Source: Podospora anserina
Lineage: Eukaryota
Assembly (NCBI GenBank): GCA_017654855.1
Contig: CM030334.1
Coordinates: 2,542,001 to 2,606,000 of the forward strand
Direction: 5' to 3'
DNA length: 64,000 bases
A program made the translations under genes and the position numbers. Shown here in pieces: positions 59,707 to 64,000 of the stretch. Below the pieces are notes generated by a model. The model ran no database searches, was not told the origin of the DNA, and worked only from the letters and a program-made list of their open reading frames with translations. How positions within the stretch are numbered: position 1 is the stretch's first letter; each line of letters starts with the position of its first letter.

Positions 59707-61685
59707 ATGGGACCCAACGCCGTCGACCGCGCCCTCGAGGCGGCAGAACACGACGCCGCCACCCCAATCTCCCCAACCCCAACCCACCATGAGCTCCCCC
59801 ACCGAACAAGCGCCGAGATTGAGCGCGTCATCTCCGCCAGCTCGGTATCCTCCGCCTCCTCCTCTCACTCGGCCCGGTCCCGCAGACCCTCCACCGTCGG
59901 CACCGGCATAGTCGGCGTGGGCATGTCCCGAGTCTCCACCTCCCGAGACCTCCCCCCAACCGAGCTCGGCCGCATCCAGACCGCCCGCAGCCAGCACAGC
60001 GCAACCGTCGGCCGTTCCATCCGCTCCAGACGAAGCCGTGCCTCCCTCGTCAAGCCCCTTCCCCCCTTCGGCGCCGGAAAGCCATACCCACCCCTCCTAC
60101 CCAATCAAGAGGACTTCGTCGTCGAGTTCGACGGCCCTGATGACCCCCTCCACGCTCAAAACTGGCCCATGGCCAAGAAGTACGTTCTCCCCCACTTATC
60201 CCTTCATCACTGCTAACCACCCTCCCTAGACTTCTCACAGCAACAATGCTAGGCTACACAACAATGATCGCCTCCTTCGGCTCCTCCATCTTCTCCGCCG
60301 CCACCCGCGCCGTCGCAGCCGACTTTGGCGTATCCCCTGACGTCTCCCTCCTCGGCGTATCCCTCTACGTCCTCGGCTTCGCCACCGGCCCAACCTTCTG
60401 GGCTCCCCTATCCGAGCTCAAAGGCCGTCGCTTACCCCTGGTAGCCTCCATGTTCGGCTTCACCATCTTCAACCTCGCCTGCGGAACCGCCAAAGACCTC
60501 CAGACCGTCCTCATCACGAGGTTCTTTGCCGGTTTTTTTGGTGCTTGCCCCCTTGCTGTCGTTGCAGCTGTCTTCTCAGACATGTTTGACAACCGCACGC
60601 GTGGCATGGCCATCACCGTGTTCAGCATGACTGTCTTTACCGGTCCCATGCTGGCGCCGTTTATCGGCGGGTTCATGGTTGAGGATGAGAGCATCGGGTG
60701 GAGGTGGACGGCCTATCTCATTGCGATCATGGGTGCTGTCGCTTTTATTATCGATCTGATCTTCCTCGAGGAGACCTATCCCCCCGTTATTCTGGTCAGC
60801 AAAGCCGCCGAGCTGAGGAGGAGGACCCTCAACTGGGGCATCCACGCCAAGCAGGAAGAGATTGAAATCGACGTCAAGGAGTTGATCACAAAAAACTTTT
60901 CCCGGCCGATGAGGCTTCTCTTCTGCGAGCCGATCGTCACGCTGTTGTCGGTGTACATGGCGTTTATTTACGGGCTGCTCTATCTCTTTTTGACGGCGTA
61001 TCCGTTTGTCTTCATGGGGGTCCACGGCATGTCTGCCGGTGTGGCCGGGCTGACGTTTTTCGGCATGATTATCGGGCAGATCATCGCCGGTGTTACCGTG
61101 TTGATGCAGCAGCCTTGGTATGCGAGGAAGCTGGCTGCCAACAATGGGGTGCCGGTTCCTGAGTGGAGGTTGCCCTCTGTCATTGCTGGAGGTGTGGCTT
61201 TTGCGATTGGGTTGTTTTGGTTCGGGTGGACGGGTTTCACCAAGGATATTCACTGGATTTGGCCGACACTTTCTGGTTTGATGACGGGATTCGGGATAGC
61301 CAGCATCTTCTTGCAGGCGTTGAACTACCTCGTCGATTCGTATCTGATGTTTGCCGCTTCGGCGATCGCGGGCAACACCTTCTTGCGGTCGTTGGCCGGA
61401 GCGGCCTTCCCGCTGTTCGCGAGATACATGTTTGAAGGGATGGGCACCCAGTGGGCCAGCACGCTTCTTGGTTGCATCGGTGTGGCGCTCGTGCCTATTC
61501 CGGTCATCTTTTACATGTATGGTGATCGGATCAGGGCGAAGAGCGCTTATGCCCCGACCTTTGGTGCTGGGCCGGAAGTGGCGGAGAGCGAGACGGGGGA
61601 TGATTCTGAGCTCGGGCACGGAGAGAAGGAGGCGCCTAGCAGCGTGCCCAGGACGGACATGGATGCTGCCCAGAGGGCAGTCTAA
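59707..61685 (+). CDS. MFS multidrug/H+ antiporter, DHA1 family, 2 exons (59707-60179, 60230-61685)
   Basis: VEFDGPDDPLHAQNW, SLYVLGFATGPTFWAPLSELKGRR, RFFAGFFG, GWRWT, EETYPPVIL, PEWRLP and ASAIAGNTFLRS. Confidence 0.94.
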
Positions 61686-64000
61686 TGGTTGAGAAACAAG
61701 ATGGAGAGGAAACTGGATCATGTCGTTTGAGCATTGGCGTTTTGGACATTTGGTTTTTGTGCATTTTTTGGAAGAGGAACGAACTCGATACCCAGCTGTG
61801 CATAGATATTGGTTGACTCTGATGCATGATCAACGAGATAATGTAATAATGGTTTTTGCGTTAAACTAGACTTTGTTAGCTGATACCTGAGCTCTCCAAT
61901 GATGCGAATTAAAGTACTCGGGCTAGTGGTAAAGTGTCATAATGTGCTTCGAGACCAAGATCTAAGGAATATCGTTAACCCAATACTAGCCGGTGGGCCG
62001 GGCCGGGGCATCACCAGGTGGGAACAAGATCAAGAAACGCATGATGCTAAAGTGGTGACTGGAGATGGGAAACCTGGTGTTGGTTGTCACCCCTGAACCT
62101 GGGCCTGGGTTGACTTGAGCAAGAGAAGTGGGGGTTGCTCCATTTCAGGGGTTGTGGGGGAGGAGTAGATAATCCTTGCTGCGCATCATTCCCCAGCGAT
62201 AGTGATAACTTTATTCCTGCTTTGGGCAAAAGATCGATTCCAAGGGTCTCGAGCTCGAGAGAGAGGGGGAGGGGTAAATCCTTTGATTTCTGGGCCAGGC
62301 CCCCGCGATTCGGTCTTGCTCTCGATTCTTGAGTCTGTCTGACGGCAAATGCGAATCTAGCATGTTGCTTTTCGTTTTGTGGGTTTCTCCGAGGGACGGT
62401 GTAAGTCGGCAGCTCACCAGTCGAATTCTTGTTCTTTTTCCCTCCAAGATTTTGTCTCAGTATCATATGAAAAGAAAGGGCAAACGCCACAGGGTCGTGT
62501 TCTGGGACAGCCACGCTGAGCAGACAGACCCGCCAATATGGTATCGCTCCCAAAAAGATTAGTTTTGCGGGCAGACGTCCTGCAGGCCGGTATTAAAAGT
62601 CACGCCACGCGTTTGGCGTGGGGAGATAAGCATTGCCTGGGTGAAGTACTTGGATCGAGTACAAGAATTACAATCTGGCCGAGGTACGATGCGATAGTAT
62701 CGGATCAAAAGTCGTGTTCGTGAATTTATCATCCGCCAGCATGGCAACAGGAAATGCCTCAAGGACGACCGGGCGGTGTGGCGATGGATGCTGGTGCCCG
62801 GAAACTTGTTGTGTGTAACAATGCAGCCAACATCTACAGCCATCTGTCGTACCAATGATGGTGTGGGTGGCTGCAGGAGCTGCCAAGACTGATATCGTCT
62901 AAAGACACCTGCTCTTGGGCAGAATCAAGGGTCTCGCATGGCCTTTGATCGACGGTCAAGAAGTGGCTTGACACGAGACATTCTAGATAGCTGTCATTTG
63001 ACTTCTGGATGGCATGTGGGTGACACTTGATAGACGGCGTCGATCTATCTGGTTGCTCGTCTTACCCGGCCGAGTGATGAAGTGCAACACTCGCGTCAGG
63101 AACACCGCTGTGTCGAATTGAACTGAAGAGCAAGTATTGAATGCATGGGAGCTAGTAGGCGAATTCATGCTGAATATTCACATACTACCTACACATACAA
63201 TATCGTGGTGTCCCGCTGCACTGGAAAAGGCGGAGTGATGGGAGTGACGGGCAACGAGGGGCTGCGAAAAGTGTGGGGTTCTCCCCCACGTCCCTTCCTC
63301 CCCGGGCTCTTCCTTCCGTGTCCTGTCCGACTTCAGCCGACTGCTCTTTCCTCAACAACAGCCTCGCGACTTCCCAAACGGTGTCTCGATCACCGATCCA
63401 AATCGTAGATAGGCACATCATCTGACCGGCACGTAACCACCCCGCCAAGTCAACTGACGATGACAATGTCGGAGGGGTTGCACGAGAGAGCTCGGCGGGA
63501 GGGCTAGAGGTCAGAACCGAATCGTCCTGAAATTATATCAGGGCTGTGCCTCATCTTCGGTACTCAGCAGGGACCCTGGCAGATACACGCCCCCATCCCG
63601 CGTTGAGCAAGGTGCAGACGATGGAACCCATGCCAGAAGAGGGCCAGCCAAACAGAGGCCTGTATTCCTTATCTCTAGCCATCAGTCAGCCAATGAAACA
63701 AACCACCATCTCCAGTAAACTCCCTTCCTGATATCAGCATCACTGTGGGGACACATGCCCACCTGCGTAGCACACAAGTAAGAAGAGACTTGGGGGTAGT
63801 GGCCGTTAAGTATATATGATGTATATGGAGTACAACTTGAGACATTTCATGATGCCGAGCATTGCCTTGCTGTAATTATAGTGTGTGGTGAGCCGGGTCG
63901 ACGAACCGGAGATGTAAAGACGCCTCACCTCACACTACCTGCGGCCGCCCCTCCGTCCAGTTGCTCCTTCCATCTGTACTTTTTTTCTCAACAATCCGGC

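Noticed and set aside
60576..61721. 381-aa minus-strand ORF
   Set aside because: Antisense shadow of the DHA1 transporter.
62000..64000. Short ORFs at the window end
   Set aside because: No recognisable motifs or gene structure; probably intergenic or promoter DNA of a gene beyond the window.
1..64000. Premature TAG codons repaired by sexual-stage A-to-I editing, TPP riboswitch, spliceosomal snRNAs, CRISPR-like arrays
   Set aside because: Looked for by eye. The recognised genes have uninterrupted spliced frames, and none of the diagnostic RNA motifs or repeat-spacer arrays were seen. An Rfam scan would be decisive.

Overview
Eukaryotic, intron-containing genomic DNA from a filamentous ascomycete. 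The short GT-AG introns with CTRAC/CTAAT branch sites, the dispersed 5S rRNA gene and the gene content point to Sordariales, Podospora/Neurospora-like (inference). I can support about 16 protein-coding genes: an HPt phosphotransfer protein (YPD1-like, truncated by the window edge), a conserved hypothetical, Elongator ELP1, a small secreted Cys-rich protein, an IME2-like kinase, an atypical Hsp70, two conserved hypotheticals, RPL3, CYC8/SSN6, a TMEM115/DUF1751 protein, a SIF2/TBL1-like LisH-WD40 protein, a GFA/CENP-V protein, an SDR, a sugar/inositol MFS and a DHA1 MFS. There is also one tRNA-Gly(GCC) and one 5S rRNA gene. I found no intact transposon, CRISPR array or biosynthetic cluster. The best leads are: (1) a secreted, Kex2-cleavable, toxin-like precursor with a 7-Cys cationic domain and a 1-Cys acidic domain, sitting between two Pol III genes; (2) a 104-aa acid-free in-frame extension resembling a mitochondrial presequence on an uncharacterised protein; (3) a divergent 5S isotype that keeps its base pairing; (4) a recurring C-rich-to-G-rich switch inside coding sequences. 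Exon boundaries were read by eye and no database search was run.
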